Positions 51,270 through 62,004 of a stretch of 64,000 nt of DNA are shown piece after piece. The notes beneath the pieces were generated by a model. The model worked only from the letters and a program-made list of their open reading frames with translations, was not told the DNA's origin and did not search any database. The position numbers and the translations under genes are program-made. How positions within the stretch are numbered: the first letter of the stretch is position 1; the number at the start of each line of letters is the position of its first letter. Origin of the DNA: Theionarchaea archaeon (GTDB lineage: Archaea > Methanobacteriota_B > Thermococci > Methanofastidiosales > SZ-28-30); contig JACVGT010000003.1 in NCBI GenBank assembly GCA_018992685.1, positions 156,585 through 220,584 of the forward strand, given 5' to 3'.

Positions 51270-51828
51270 TTCAGTTCCTCCTTTTTGCTTCACCCTCCTC
51301 TCAGTCCGGAGTATAAAAAGATATGCATAACACATGGTTTTGACATGATTCATGACATTGTAGTGAGCCATTTGCGGTAAAAAGCGTTTTCCTACTATTA
51401 TAATCGTAGCCCTTACAATGGGATTATAGTCCCCTATTTCAAGGCATAATCTACGTATCAGACAACCGAGCAGAGCTTTCATTGCCACGCAAGAGGATTT
51501 AGGCTGAAAAAAACAACGCTCTCATGGATGCAGTTGATTTTTTAACTTAGTATGATCAGGATACTGCGAGACATGAAGAGAATTTCTTGACGTTTCATTT
51601 TTCTGAGAACTGCAGCTTTTCCAGCATTCAACCGACAGGATTCATTTGTTGGGACAATTGCAGTTACGTTTGATCAAATTGCTGTACTTTTGGAAGACGT
51701 TCAAAATGATGAGAAAAACTGGCTCCTTACGGACTCGAGGACTCTCACACCTGTGAAACTCGCAGCCGAGCGATATGTTTAAGTACTCAGAAGTAGAGAG
51801 CATATTTGTAATTCCCGAGGTGAAGAGT

Positions 51829-52263
51829 GTGACTACCTACAAATCGGTGTCTGGCAAGAAAGGCACATCTCCTGTAATAGCTGTTGTTCTCATGGTTGCC
51901 GTCGCTGTTGCTATTTCAGTCACTGTTTATGCTTGGAGTTCGGGATTCATATCAAAAAAGAGCACGCAGGAAGCTGTCAGTGCAGAATCCTTGATTCTGG
52001 AATCTATACAGTTGAGTGGAACCAACCTTGTTCTTCATATCAGGAGTCATGACCCTTCTGCCGTTTATCTTGATGCAGTCTATGTTGAGGGGGAATTGAG
52101 GGCAAGCAAGATGGGATATAGGCTGGGGGGTGATTCTGTTACGCCTGTGGACTTGACGTCTCTAGTCAACTCAAAGGGTGGTGACGGCAATTTCCAGGAC
52201 GGAGACCGGGTGATGCTGGTGACAACGCGTGGAACCCAGATTCAATTTGTGGTGAAAGATTAG
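51829..52263 (+). CDS. Archaeal type IV pilin-like protein (class III signal peptide)
   Basis: KKG|TSPVIAVVLMVAVAVAISVTVYAW. GTG 51829 follows GAGGTGA. Confidence 0.85.
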   Translation: MTTYKSVSGKKGTSPVIAVVLMVAVAVAISVTVYAWSSGFISKKSTQEAVSAESLILESIQLSGTNLVLHIRSHDPSAVYLDAVYVEGELRASKMGYRLGGDSVTPVDLTSLVNSKGGDGNFQDGDRVMLVTTRGTQIQFVVKD

Positions 52264-52326
52264 ATCCTATCCCGGTAAGTTCAAGGGAGTGTAGCCTGCA
52301 GATATTTGAGAGTACAGGGTGCCGGT

Positions 52327-52776
52327 TCACAGAAACGTGTCCAGAGTAGTCTGGTAGGGTGATTCAGGCACGGTAGAAGTGAGGCCTTCTTTTTTCATTC
52401 TTTTCACTGCATTGATCCTCAGTCTCTCGTCAGGGAACAAATACTGCGATCTCCGTATCACCTTCATGCTCTCCAGGGAAAACAGCCCCACACAGGGAGT
52501 TCTCAGCAGACTTCGAGAGAACCTGCGGGCTGCAATGTAAAAGTACTCGCACACTTCCCCGTATACGGACAGATACTCGGCTGCCAGCTTGGAACCTACG
52601 CGTGCTTTCCAGTCCTTGACCTCTATACCCACAATGTACCAGCGCCTGCCGTTCTGGTATACAGCAACGATGTCCCCGTAGTAGCATACGTCTGATCGGT
52701 CCCTGTATGGCTTCATGTGGAATTCTTTTTCCACGTGTATGGGAGTTCCATGTTCTCGAATATGTTCCACAATCAT
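52327..52776 (-). CDS. PD-(D/E)XK nuclease, MmcB-like, with C-terminal PIP-box
   Basis: EKE...GDIVAV...IVGIEVK...Y...CEYFYIA. Ends YQTTLDTFL. ATGA-coupled to polB2. Confidence 0.68.
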   Translation of the reverse strand: MIVEHIREHGTPIHVEKEFHMKPYRDRSDVCYYGDIVAVYQNGRRWYIVGIEVKDWKARVGSKLAAEYLSVYGEVCEYFYIAARRFSRSLLRTPCVGLFSLESMKVIRRSQYLFPDERLRINAVKRMKKEGLTSTVPESPYQTTLDTFL

Positions 52777-54926
52777 AGATATTCCCTTAAGGTAAGTTGA
52801 TTTATATTGTTACAGTACTCTTTGAGTTTTCTTTCACTGGTGAAGGGAGACAGCATGTGATGACCAGCTCTCAGCAGTAGTTCTGCATATTTCTCCCTGT
52901 CATACTCAGTATCTTCCATCAATTCAGGAATGGATACTCTGTTTGTGGCTTTCCTGGCTTTCCAGTCTCGTATGATGTAGCGCACTGTCTGACCAGGATG
53001 ACGTTCCACCCCTTCCTTTTTCAACTTTTCGAGTGCAGCCACAGATAAATTGGCTACCCTATACTCTTCCAGGTGACGGCTGATATCAATGGAGATCACC
53101 AGGTCTTCCAGAGCTACATCTCCCTGTAACACAGCACCAACATACGTATTAACTACGCCCAACGCATCAGGGAGGTACCTGAAAAAGTGGGGTACACTCT
53201 CTGCCTGGGCCAGGGTTACCAACATCTCTTCCTGCATGTGCTTGACAAGAGGAGGCTGGTCACTCCTCCGCAGTTCTATCCCTCTTGCTTTTAGTTCTCC
53301 ATCAATAACCCCATAGTAACTGGTCAATGATCCAATACCTACCTGGGAAGGTAGAAATACAATCCAGGAGTACATCCCCTCAAGTTCCAGAGGGATGCCA
53401 ATTTTATCTGAAACTATATTACAGAGCTCTTCAAAATCCTTACGGGGCGCCTCTTTTTTCACCCATAATGAATCCACAATACCATGTAAGACTTCGAATC
53501 CCAGTTCTTCAGCTATGTGCATGGAAGTGAGCAGTATCTCACGAGCGTAGGCTGTGACTGATTCATGACATTCTATGCGACCAAATCGGGCATTCCTATA
53601 CCCTAAATAACCAAAACAGGTTACCAGTACCCATTTTAATAGAGTTCTCCTTCCTTTTACATGGGGATCCCCTTTGTACAGCGCTTTTTTTACAATCAAT
53701 GGTTTTACTACATCCGGTATGAACCCCCGTCTCTTTTCGCAGATGGTATACTCCAGGACGGGTACTCTCCTTCCCGAATCAGGACAGCAGGTACATAACA
53801 CTGTCTCGGGAGAGATATTGAACTCATTGATAATATTGGGATACAGAGAACTGAAGTCCACTTCTCCCACATACGGGTGGATACCCACCTGTGGCTCCAG
53901 AATGTGACCCCCCCGATCTGCTTTTACCAGCTGCAAGGCAGTCTTGAACTGTTCAGGAGTCTGCTTTCTCCAGGGGATTAACACCTTTCGTCTGTATGCT
54001 TCATGTAACTGCATGGAAGAGATAGCCGTTCCGGGAGATAATCGTGACAGTCGCTGTACAGGTATACGGGACATTCGAGAGAGTTCTATCAATCCATCCA
54101 GTCCTCCTTCTCTGTAGTGGAAGGAACTCTTGGTATCAATGTGTATTCTCCCTTTCAGTAAATACTGGGGCGGCTTGTACACGATCCGCCCGTATGAGAA
54201 ATAGGACGTTCCCTCCTTGCCGAACCAACCAGGCTCCCTCCCCAGTTCCAGCGGAATCTGATGGGCCTGACCTCGTTGTAGAAGATAGGGAATTGCGAAC
54301 TCGTCTCCTCCATGTGAATACACAATGTCAGGATCCAGAATGCGCACTGTTTTCACAAAATCGGTGAGGATACTCTCCTCTGTCCCGTCTAGTTCAAAGG
54401 AACAATCAGTATCCCGTAACACAATCCCCGCTAAGGGGTCTGTGAAAGAGTGAATACCTTTCGTCTGTATTACCACGTCAAAGAAAAGTTCTTTTAGAGG
54501 AGGAGTATCATATTCAACTGCAAAAGGAGAATCTTCTTCTATTTTCATCATAGGAAAAGAATCTCTTTCAAAAAAGTAGCGTTGAGGAAAACTGATATCT
54601 ACATTGAACAGTTCATAGAGTTCATATCCTCCTAGTCGATCAATCTCTGCTGCCAGTTCCTGTAGAGTATATTGATTGAGAACTATCTTTAATACAGGAG
54701 CTTTCTTGGTGAAGGAGACGGACTGCACCTCATGGTGGGTGTGGGAAACGGAAGGTAGATCTTCCACGTATAGACGCAATGCATCTTCTTTCTCTTTTTC
54801 TGCAGCACGAACATAAAACCAGGGTGAAAACCTCTCTTTCTTTAGAAATGATCTCCCATTATAATACCAGATCTTCATACAGGCTTCCCTATAATCGGGG
54901 TAACAGTCAATCAGAAACATGTTCAA
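52773..54926 (-). CDS. polB2: Family B DNA polymerase, PolB2 group
   Basis: Motif A DFSSLYPNII, motif B KWVLVTCFGYLG, variant motif C HGIVDSLWV. Degenerate exonuclease motifs (GGDEFAIPYL, GGLDGLIELS). SPET..C.CC. C-terminal QLTLREYL. Confidence 0.92.
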   Translation of the reverse strand: MNMFLIDCYPDYREACMKIWYYNGRSFLKKERFSPWFYVRAAEKEKEDALRLYVEDLPSVSHTHHEVQSVSFTKKAPVLKIVLNQYTLQELAAEIDRLGGYELYELFNVDISFPQRYFFERDSFPMMKIEEDSPFAVEYDTPPLKELFFDVVIQTKGIHSFTDPLAGIVLRDTDCSFELDGTEESILTDFVKTVRILDPDIVYSHGGDEFAIPYLLQRGQAHQIPLELGREPGWFGKEGTSYFSYGRIVYKPPQYLLKGRIHIDTKSSFHYREGGLDGLIELSRMSRIPVQRLSRLSPGTAISSMQLHEAYRRKVLIPWRKQTPEQFKTALQLVKADRGGHILEPQVGIHPYVGEVDFSSLYPNIINEFNISPETVLCTCCPDSGRRVPVLEYTICEKRRGFIPDVVKPLIVKKALYKGDPHVKGRRTLLKWVLVTCFGYLGYRNARFGRIECHESVTAYAREILLTSMHIAEELGFEVLHGIVDSLWVKKEAPRKDFEELCNIVSDKIGIPLELEGMYSWIVFLPSQVGIGSLTSYYGVIDGELKARGIELRRSDQPPLVKHMQEEMLVTLAQAESVPHFFRYLPDALGVVNTYVGAVLQGDVALEDLVISIDISRHLEEYRVANLSVAALEKLKKEGVERHPGQTVRYIIRDWKARKATNRVSIPELMEDTEYDREKYAELLLRAGHHMLSPFTSERKLKEYCNNINQLTLREYL

Positions 54927-55161
54927 CCTTCTTTTTTAGTGCAGTAATTTCCTTCTCATGTTCCAACAAAATAGCCAGACTCATGGCATCAAATACATCT
55001 AATGGGGCCATGTAACTGGAAGCAGAAGCATGTTCTCTCACTTTTTTCATCAGTTCATCAAATGCTTCTCGATCCTTCTTTCGCAGTGCTTTTTTGAATG
55101 CATTCCATTTTTGTATTTCAGATTCTGTAAGCATGCGGTAGGTGGGAGCTGTCCTACCCAT
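54907..55161 (-). CDS. Small helical PolB2-associated protein
   Basis: MGRTAPTYR...W..F.KALR..DRE.FD.L pattern typical of the small gene encoded upstream of archaeal PolB2. Confidence 0.82.
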   Translation of the reverse strand: MGRTAPTYRMLTESEIQKWNAFKKALRKKDREAFDELMKKVREHASASSYMAPLDVFDAMSLAILLEHEKEITALKKKVEHVSD

Positions 55162-55732
55162 GGGTATTCCTCCAGGAGTCCAGTGTTTTCTGGTATGGGG
55201 GGATAAGAGGTATCTGGAATGTCTGCTGGTCAACAGATAGTATCATTCCATTCTTTTTCATTTTGAAAGAAACATGAGAGTCAAAGATTTTCAAATTGTT
55301 TTTATGATCTGTTACCACAACGGGTATATCATATGTCTTTACTATCTCTTTTAATCTGAATAAGAGTTTTTTATATAAGACAGTTGCTATCTCCTCTTCT
55401 ACATCATCGGAGTGGAAAAGGTCACTGAAGGATGAGACCACCACCACAGAAGGAGCATTCTCCTGCATGAAAGCAGGGAGTGCTCTCGTAATCAACATCT
55501 TCAACTGGAATATGGTAAAAGCCCTGGAAACATACACCCGTTCCATAGCGTTCATGTCTAACCGTTCACAGAAGGAGGAAAGAATAAAGGGGTCAAACCG
55601 GTTTCCACCATCAATAATAAGGGAGGGTGCCCGTTTCACCAGGAGGTAGGCTGTGAATTCTTTGAGTAGATGAGGATCACCTTCCACGAGGTATAACTGG
55701 GAATGCAGGGAAATTTCGTCGAAATAATGCAT
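55154..55732 (-). CDS. Inactivated RadA/RecA-fold protein (PolB2-associated, ImuA-analogue)
   Basis: IIDGGNRFDPF and VYVSRAFTIFQL RadA-like motifs. No Walker A lysine. Ends YQKTLDSW. Confidence 0.85.
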   Translation of the reverse strand: MHYFDEISLHSQLYLVEGDPHLLKEFTAYLLVKRAPSLIIDGGNRFDPFILSSFCERLDMNAMERVYVSRAFTIFQLKMLITRALPAFMQENAPSVVVVSSFSDLFHSDDVEEEIATVLYKKLLFRLKEIVKTYDIPVVVTDHKNNLKIFDSHVSFKMKKNGMILSVDQQTFQIPLIPPYQKTLDSWRNTHG

Positions 55733-56050
55733 AATCCAAAAGAGAAATTATGGCATTTATAAGTTTAGATAGAGCATTGGAAAAATATTCACAGTTATTT
55801 TACGCAATAACAAACATATTCTACTGTAAATGTGACATCCGTACGTGAGAGAATATCCTGACCCAAACACCAAACATCTTATGTTCCTGTGACCGGCGTT
55901 CTTTCCCCCTGCACATTCTACCTCTCAGAGGAGGAGCGTTCCCCTCACCTATCCGTCAATTATCAGATACGCGATATCGGGAACTCTATAGATACCGAAA
56001 CTTTTTTATATACCCTCTTTGAATAGAGTATATCCCAGGGAGGTATCGAG

Positions 56051-56440
56051 TTGCCTGACATAAGCTTCTTGAGGAAAAATGTTCGAGGAATCAAAGGTGT
56101 TTTCCTCACCAAGGAGGGAGAGATCCTCGATGTAGATGTGGAGCTTGGCGAAGATGTGAAATATCTCTCCAAGAGCATTTCTTATCTACTCGAGGTTATA
56201 TGTGACAAAAAAGGAGACGTCAGAAAACTATCCATCGTGGGAAATGACCGGTTCTTCATTTTCTTTCACGACTCATATGTGTTGGGCGTCATAACTTCAG
56301 AAGATGTCAACGTGCCACTGCTCAATGTGGTAGCAGGCCGGATGCTGGAACATGTGGAAGTTCCCAAAGAGCAGATGGAAAAACTGGTAAAAGAAGCCAA
56401 AGATGAAGTTCTGGAACGCCTAGACGCTTTCATTGGATAA
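56051..56440 (+). CDS. Roadblock/LC7-like protein
   Basis: V.GIKGVFLTKEGEIL...YVLGVITSEDVNVPLL pattern. TTG start follows GGAGGT. Confidence 0.65.
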   Translation: MPDISFLRKNVRGIKGVFLTKEGEILDVDVELGEDVKYLSKSISYLLEVICDKKGDVRKLSIVGNDRFFIFFHDSYVLGVITSEDVNVPLLNVVAGRMLEHVEVPKEQMEKLVKEAKDEVLERLDAFIG

Positions 56441-57151
56441 TCAGAGTGTGCATCTCATGGATGACTGAGCAGGTAGAGGGTTTGATGTTCAGCACTTTTT
56501 CACTGGTTGATTGAGATCGACTTTTTCATTCCATGAGGGTGATTCTTAAGTGAGTGCACAGTTGTCAAAAAGAGGGGAAAGGTTGGAGCTGTATACTTAC
56601 TTGTAAATCCACCTATTTAACTGTTTCATTGATACCATTTACCCCGTACTGACATCGAGTGGATGGTTGTCCTGTAGGACCCCAAAAATGGATAGAACGC
56701 TTTCAATCGATTCTAATGTACATGAATGTTGTTTGATGTGGAGACTGACGCAGCATCAACCTGTATCCGAATTTCTGTTTATCCTAGATCCCTATTTCAA
56801 GTTCAGGCACGGGGCGTTGTGCAGGCGTTTGCCCTCAGCTCACTCGAGGCTACGCGTGAATTATACACCGCATGTCGAACAGGTACCCTCCGGGATCTAT
56901 TCCTCTTATCTCACGGCCCTCTTTATCCTGATGGCACCATGAGAAGGTACTGACTTTGACGAAAAAGATTTACTTGCCATAACCGAAAACTATAAAAGGA
57001 AGGGAGAAAAAGTAGGATTCCGTGCATAGTGAGTATTTCCTTAATTTGCTGTAGAGGAAATAATTGTCTCCTCTAGGTGAAGTTGTGCTGTATGAAGAGC
57101 AGAGACCATAAGGAGGAAAGATTATGTTTGTGACACCGATGGAGGGGTTGC

Positions 57152-59401
57152 ATGATCACTGCCTGTGAAGCAGATAATGCAATTCCCGACCGTTCCCTAG
57201 AAGACCAGATCGAGCTCTCTTCCAATGCCCTGACCGTCCTGGAAAAACGTTACCTAAAAAAGGATGAACACGGCAATGTCGTAGAAACTCCTGAAGAATT
57301 ATTCAGGAGAGTGGCTCACAACGTTGCGTCTGCAGATTTACTCTATGATCCTGAAGCAGATAGTACTGCTCTGGAAGAAAAGTTCTACAATGTGATGACG
57401 AGCCTGGAATTCTTGCCCAACTCTCCTACACTTATGAATGCGGGACGCGAATTACAGCAGCTTTCTGCGTGCTTTGTGTTACCCATTGCAGATTCCATGG
57501 AGTCTATCTTTCAAGCCATAAAATATACTGCACTCATCCACAAGAGTGGTGGGGGCACTGGATTCTCCTTTTCTCGGTTGAGGCCAGCACACGATGTGGT
57601 TCACTCCACTGGTGGGATAGCATCAGGACCCGTGTCATTCATGAAGGTATTTGATGCAGCAACTGAAGCAGTGAAACAGGGAGGAACCCGCAGAGGAGCA
57701 AATATGGCTATTCTGTATGTGGACCATCCTGACATTCTCGAGTTTATCACGTGCAAAGAGAACGATACTACTCTAAACAATTTCAACATTTCTGTTGGAA
57801 TCACGGAGCGATTCATGGAGGCAGTAAAATCAGAAGGAGAGTTTGAACTGGTGAATCCGCGGAATGGAGAAGTGACCCGAAAAGTTGCAGCTCGACAGGT
57901 TTTCGACCTCATCGTTAAGATGGCATGGAAGAATGGAGAACCAGGAATCATCTTTCTGGACAGGATCAACAGAGATAACCCGACACCGGAGATCGGGGAG
58001 ATTGAATCCACCAATCCCTGTGGAGAACAGCCACTGCTTCCCTATGAATCGTGTAATCTGGGGTCCATCAATCTATCCAAGATGGTGAGGGCGGGAAAAA
58101 TCGACTATAACCATCTGAAGAGCGTCGTATGGCTAGCAGTCCATTTTCTGGATAATGTTATTGACAAGAACAACTTCCCGTTCCCTGAAATGGAAGAAAC
58201 GACCAAAGGAAACAGGAAGATCGGACTGGGAGTGATGGGATTTGCCGACATGCTCATCGCTCTGGGTATTCCTTATAACTCTCACAGAGCACTGAAGATC
58301 GCAGAAAACGTCATGAGGTTCATATCCGAGGAGTCCACGAAAGCTTCCACAGAACTGGCAAGGAACCGAGGAGCATTCCCCAATTTTTCCCGTTCTGTGT
58401 TTGCTGAGCCGATCCGTAATGCCTCCCGGACGACTATTGCACCCACCGGGTCTCTGAGTATTATTGCCAATTGTTCCTCGGGGATTGAACCATTGTTTGC
58501 TGTCTCATTTGTCCGCAAGAACATTTTAAATGACGTGGTAATGGTTGAGGTCAATCCCTTATTTGAAGAAATAGCTAGAGAAAGGGGGTTCTATAGTGTG
58601 GAGTTGATTGAGGACATAGCCAGAACAGGAAGTCTCCGCGAAACAGACGTTCCGCCTGATGTGCAGGAACTGTTTGTCACTGCTCACGATATCTCACCTG
58701 AATGGCATGTGAGAATGCAGGCTGCGTTCCAGAACCACACTGACAATGCTGTTTCCAAGACTGTTAACTTCCCACATTCTGCAACTGAAGAGGATGTGGC
58801 CCGAGTCTTTGAACTTGCCTATGAGTTGGGATGCAAGGGGGTCACTGTATACAGGGATGGTTCGCGGGAAACCCAGGTCTTGAACAGGGGTGCCGGGAAG
58901 GAAAAAGAAGGGGAAAAAGAGGTGCAGAAAGCTCCCAGGCCCCGCCCTGAATTGACAGTGGGGGGGACAGTGAAGATTACTACGGGATGCGGAAGCCTGT
59001 ACGTGACCATTAACGAGGATGAACACGGGTTGTGTGAAGTGTTTGCCCGCATGGGAAAGTCAGGCGGCTGTATTTCGTCACACTCTGAAGCCATTGGGCG
59101 CCTCATTTCACTTGCCCTGCGAGCTGGTGTAGGGACAGAGTCTGTTATGAGGCAGTTGAAAGGAATCAGATGTCCCAAACCGGCCTTCCACAACGGGGAG
59201 AAAGTGCTCTCCTGCGCGGATGCCATTCAGATTGCAATCCAGCGGTACATCCACAATGGGGCGAGTTCTGTACAGCTCAGCCTTGACCAGCTCAGCGAGG
59301 GGCTGTGGGGAAGGTGCCCTGAGTGCCCTGAATGCGGTGCTATGCTGGAAATGCAGGAAGGATGCTTGAAGTGCAGGTCTTGCGGATATTCAGAGTGTTG
59401 A
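57152..59401 (+). CDS. nrdJ: Class II (adenosylcobalamin-dependent) ribonucleotide reductase with C-terminal TSCPD/zinc-ribbon region
   Basis: [73 protein letters not shown], terminal CPEC...C.SCGYS.C. No intein seen. Confidence 0.96.
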   Translation: MITACEADNAIPDRSLEDQIELSSNALTVLEKRYLKKDEHGNVVETPEELFRRVAHNVASADLLYDPEADSTALEEKFYNVMTSLEFLPNSPTLMNAGRELQQLSACFVLPIADSMESIFQAIKYTALIHKSGGGTGFSFSRLRPAHDVVHSTGGIASGPVSFMKVFDAATEAVKQGGTRRGANMAILYVDHPDILEFITCKENDTTLNNFNISVGITERFMEAVKSEGEFELVNPRNGEVTRKVAARQVFDLIVKMAWKNGEPGIIFLDRINRDNPTPEIGEIESTNPCGEQPLLPYESCNLGSINLSKMVRAGKIDYNHLKSVVWLAVHFLDNVIDKNNFPFPEMEETTKGNRKIGLGVMGFADMLIALGIPYNSHRALKIAENVMRFISEESTKASTELARNRGAFPNFSRSVFAEPIRNASRTTIAPTGSLSIIANCSSGIEPLFAVSFVRKNILNDVVMVEVNPLFEEIARERGFYSVELIEDIARTGSLRETDVPPDVQELFVTAHDISPEWHVRMQAAFQNHTDNAVSKTVNFPHSATEEDVARVFELAYELGCKGVTVYRDGSRETQVLNRGAGKEKEGEKEVQKAPRPRPELTVGGTVKITTGCGSLYVTINEDEHGLCEVFARMGKSGGCISSHSEAIGRLISLALRAGVGTESVMRQLKGIRCPKPAFHNGEKVLSCADAIQIAIQRYIHNGASSVQLSLDQLSEGLWGRCPECPECGAMLEMQEGCLKCRSCGYSEC

Positions 59402-59592
59402 CCTTCTATCCTTTCCTTTTTTTTGAATACTGATATGACGTTACAAATGAAGAAGTATGAAGAACGAGAATACCTGAAGGCGTCTCCATCCCTATCCCAT
59501 CTGGGAGTCACTATTCTTCACCAGATTATCCTGAAGAATATAGCAGCTCCCCTTTGATAACCTTTTTAACTCTTTTTATCAAGGGGTCTTTG

Positions 59593-61038
59593 ATGAGCTT
59601 AGAGTCTTTTGTGAGAACACTGAAAAGCTACGGATACAGCAGCCAGTATGTCGCACAGGTTATGAACACCCTGCTACGCTCATACACGGAACACACATCT
59701 TCCCGAAGGATTGTGCCAACCAAGGAAACGGGCCTTCTGGTGGCCTTCCGCATTCTTTCTGACAAGGGAACTTACCTAGTCTTTACATCCCAGGGGCTGG
59801 CCACTGCAGAACAGCTCATAGCTGAAAGAGTTCGCAGCATTTCTCGGGACGTGATGACTCCAGAATTCTTTTTCGTCTTGACTTTCATGTACCCTCATCT
59901 AGAGGACCTGGAAATCCAGTTTCTACGTTCTCTCACGCCACTGGGCGAAGCATATGACAGGGTGATGACTATGTTGCAGCGATCGGGACTGGCCTACCTG
60001 GAAGGAGACACTGTCAAAGCCCCTAGAACTCTCTGCACGTTCTTTGTATTCCCTTTCAAGGAGGAACCATTCCAGCAGGCTATCAGGCAGATCAGAGCAT
60101 ACATCAGAGTCTCCGCTCTCAATCGAAGGATTATGAAGGTAACCTTTTCGGATATGAAGGACTGCAAAGAAGAGGTTATGACAGCGATTCAGGATATGAG
60201 GTCTCAAGGCATCATCAAAGAATTCGTCAGGGATAAAGGATACACTTTCCGGGTGCTGGATGCTGCTGCTTACAAACAATACGTCCAGGGTCTTCTCCAG
60301 GAAGCACTGACTGCGTTTCGATTTGTTCCCCCATCTCCTGAATTCCATCCCCCGGTGCACTGCGGGTGGGACTCAGTGGGATTGCTGGATGAATATCCCG
60401 TCCCCCAGGACATGCCCATGAATATTCTTTTGTTTGGAGATCCCGGTCCTTTGAAGCAACTGTGGGCACAGCATTTCCTCTATGGAGAACTTCTCAATAA
60501 CAAGGGGGCCATCTATCTGAGTGTGAATTCGCCTCCTGATGAGGTAAGAAGGAATTTTCTGCGATTCAACAAGGATATCTCACCGTTTGAGCAGAAGGGA
60601 ACCCTCATCTTTATCGATTGCTATCCCCGCCGGCAGAAATCGTCTCAGCTGTATTCTGCTCCCATTGACACCAGTTCTCTCACTGATTTTGCCATGGTCC
60701 TCTCAGATGCCCACCAGGGCATGAATACTCAGCAGGGCATATGCGTCATTGATTCCCTCTCCAATGTGATGCTGTACTCTGATCCTGAGCAGGTCATCAA
60801 GTTTGCAGTCAGCCAGGCATCTCGATTCAAAGAGTGGGGGTGGACAGGCCTTTTCATCGTTGAAAAAGGAGTAAATGATCAAAAAATTGAAAATTCATTG
60901 AAGTTTTTACTGGATGGCGTTTTTGAGATTGAAGATGATGAGTTCCGCATCCTGTGGATCCGGGGAATGGTAGACAGCCCGACGAGGTATGCCCTGGATA
61001 TCTCTTCACGAGGACTTGTCCTACTGCCCAAGAGGTGA
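59593..61038 (+). CDS. KaiC/RAD55-like RecA-fold domain fused to an uncharacterised N-terminal region
   Basis: C-terminal NILLFGDPGPLKQ (degenerate Walker A), FIDCY, VIDSLS, LLDGVFEI, RILWIRG. Confidence 0.75.
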   Translation: MSLESFVRTLKSYGYSSQYVAQVMNTLLRSYTEHTSSRRIVPTKETGLLVAFRILSDKGTYLVFTSQGLATAEQLIAERVRSISRDVMTPEFFFVLTFMYPHLEDLEIQFLRSLTPLGEAYDRVMTMLQRSGLAYLEGDTVKAPRTLCTFFVFPFKEEPFQQAIRQIRAYIRVSALNRRIMKVTFSDMKDCKEEVMTAIQDMRSQGIIKEFVRDKGYTFRVLDAAAYKQYVQGLLQEALTAFRFVPPSPEFHPPVHCGWDSVGLLDEYPVPQDMPMNILLFGDPGPLKQLWAQHFLYGELLNNKGAIYLSVNSPPDEVRRNFLRFNKDISPFEQKGTLIFIDCYPRRQKSSQLYSAPIDTSSLTDFAMVLSDAHQGMNTQQGICVIDSLSNVMLYSDPEQVIKFAVSQASRFKEWGWTGLFIVEKGVNDQKIENSLKFLLDGVFEIEDDEFRILWIRGMVDSPTRYALDISSRGLVLLPKR

Positions 61039-62004
61039 TTGTCAATGGAAAGAGAGAATGTTCTGCCCAGTGAAGCCGCAAAGGCTCACACGGGGGAACA
61101 CATACTATTTCGCGCACTATCTACTGTATTTGAAGGAATAAGGGTGAAAAAAGTTGAACTGGGGAAGAGAAATTACTTCCTAGTTAATTACGGCCGGGAG
61201 CTTGAGGAAGAACGTCTTCTGCAGGCCGAATTACTGGCCAACAGAATTATTGCACAGGACATGTCAGTTATTACGGTGGTGAAACCCCGAAAAGATGTGA
61301 TGAGGGACTATCCGCACCTGAGAGTGAGGTGGGACAGGATATCTGACGAGAATGTCACGGTGGTGGAAGTGGAAGGCTTTGACTGGGCAGCCTGCGTGGG
61401 CGAGCACGTGCTCCACACAGGTTCCATTGAATGTATCATAATCACCCGGGTCAATTCTGTGGGTAATCATGAATACGAGATAGAGTTTGAAGTGGCTCAA
61501 CAGGCAATACTGGAGGCAGTGAAGCGAGGAGCACTGGCCCGGAATGTGGCCAGCCAGCTGAGAACGTCACTGGATCAGGTTCTTCCCACCGTGGCTAACT
61601 TGAAGGAGAAAACCCACCTACTCACTGAGTCTGTACGTCTCCTGACCTCACAGGTTTTTTCACATTTAGAGCCTGAATATATAGGGGAAATTCCAGTCTA
61701 CTGTGCCCAGGTCCCAGGAGGAGATAGAAAGGCAATCCAGAGAGAAGTAGCTCGTCTCACACGGGAGACTTCCTGTCTCGTTGTGATGGTGGAGCAGCTG
61801 GAGGACACCTTTCTCATAGCAGGGTGTAGCCCCAGCCTGAACCTTGACTGTACACAGCTCGTCCACGACCTCCTCCCCGAGGGAAAAGGGGGAGGGAAGC
61901 CTGAGCAGGCCATGGTGAGTTCTCCTCAGAAGGTGGATCTGTCCCAGATCACAGGGAAAATCAGGCAATTCCTAAGGCAATCAGGGCAAACAAGAGGCAA
62001 TTAG
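61039..62004 (+). CDS. Alanyl-tRNA editing protein (AlaX-like) with DHHA1/C-Ala domain
   Basis: AHTGEHIL and ACVGEHV zinc ligands, GKGGGKP. Probable start ATG 61045. Confidence 0.85.
   Translation: MSMERENVLPSEAAKAHTGEHILFRALSTVFEGIRVKKVELGKRNYFLVNYGRELEEERLLQAELLANRIIAQDMSVITVVKPRKDVMRDYPHLRVRWDRISDENVTVVEVEGFDWAACVGEHVLHTGSIECIIITRVNSVGNHEYEIEFEVAQQAILEAVKRGALARNVASQLRTSLDQVLPTVANLKEKTHLLTESVRLLTSQVFSHLEPEYIGEIPVYCAQVPGGDRKAIQREVARLTRETSCLVVMVEQLEDTFLIAGCSPSLNLDCTQLVHDLLPEGKGGGKPEQAMVSSPQKVDLSQITGKIRQFLRQSGQTRGN

Noticed and set aside
52773-54926. PolB as a casposon/viral or replicative polymerase
   Set aside because: Motif variants and neighbours fit the cellular PolB2 group. No Cas1-solo, terminal repeats or protein-priming inserts.
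56667-56953. Short ORFs upstream of nrdJ, or a cobalamin riboswitch
   Set aside because: No RBS or protein motif, and no B12-box sequence recognised.
57092-57168. In-frame TGA (57131) upstream of nrdJ suggesting selenocysteine/readthrough, and a short overlapping uORF at 57124
   Set aside because: The extension is not RNR-like, nrdJ has its own RBS before ATG 57152, and no SECIS-like element was seen. Likely chance.
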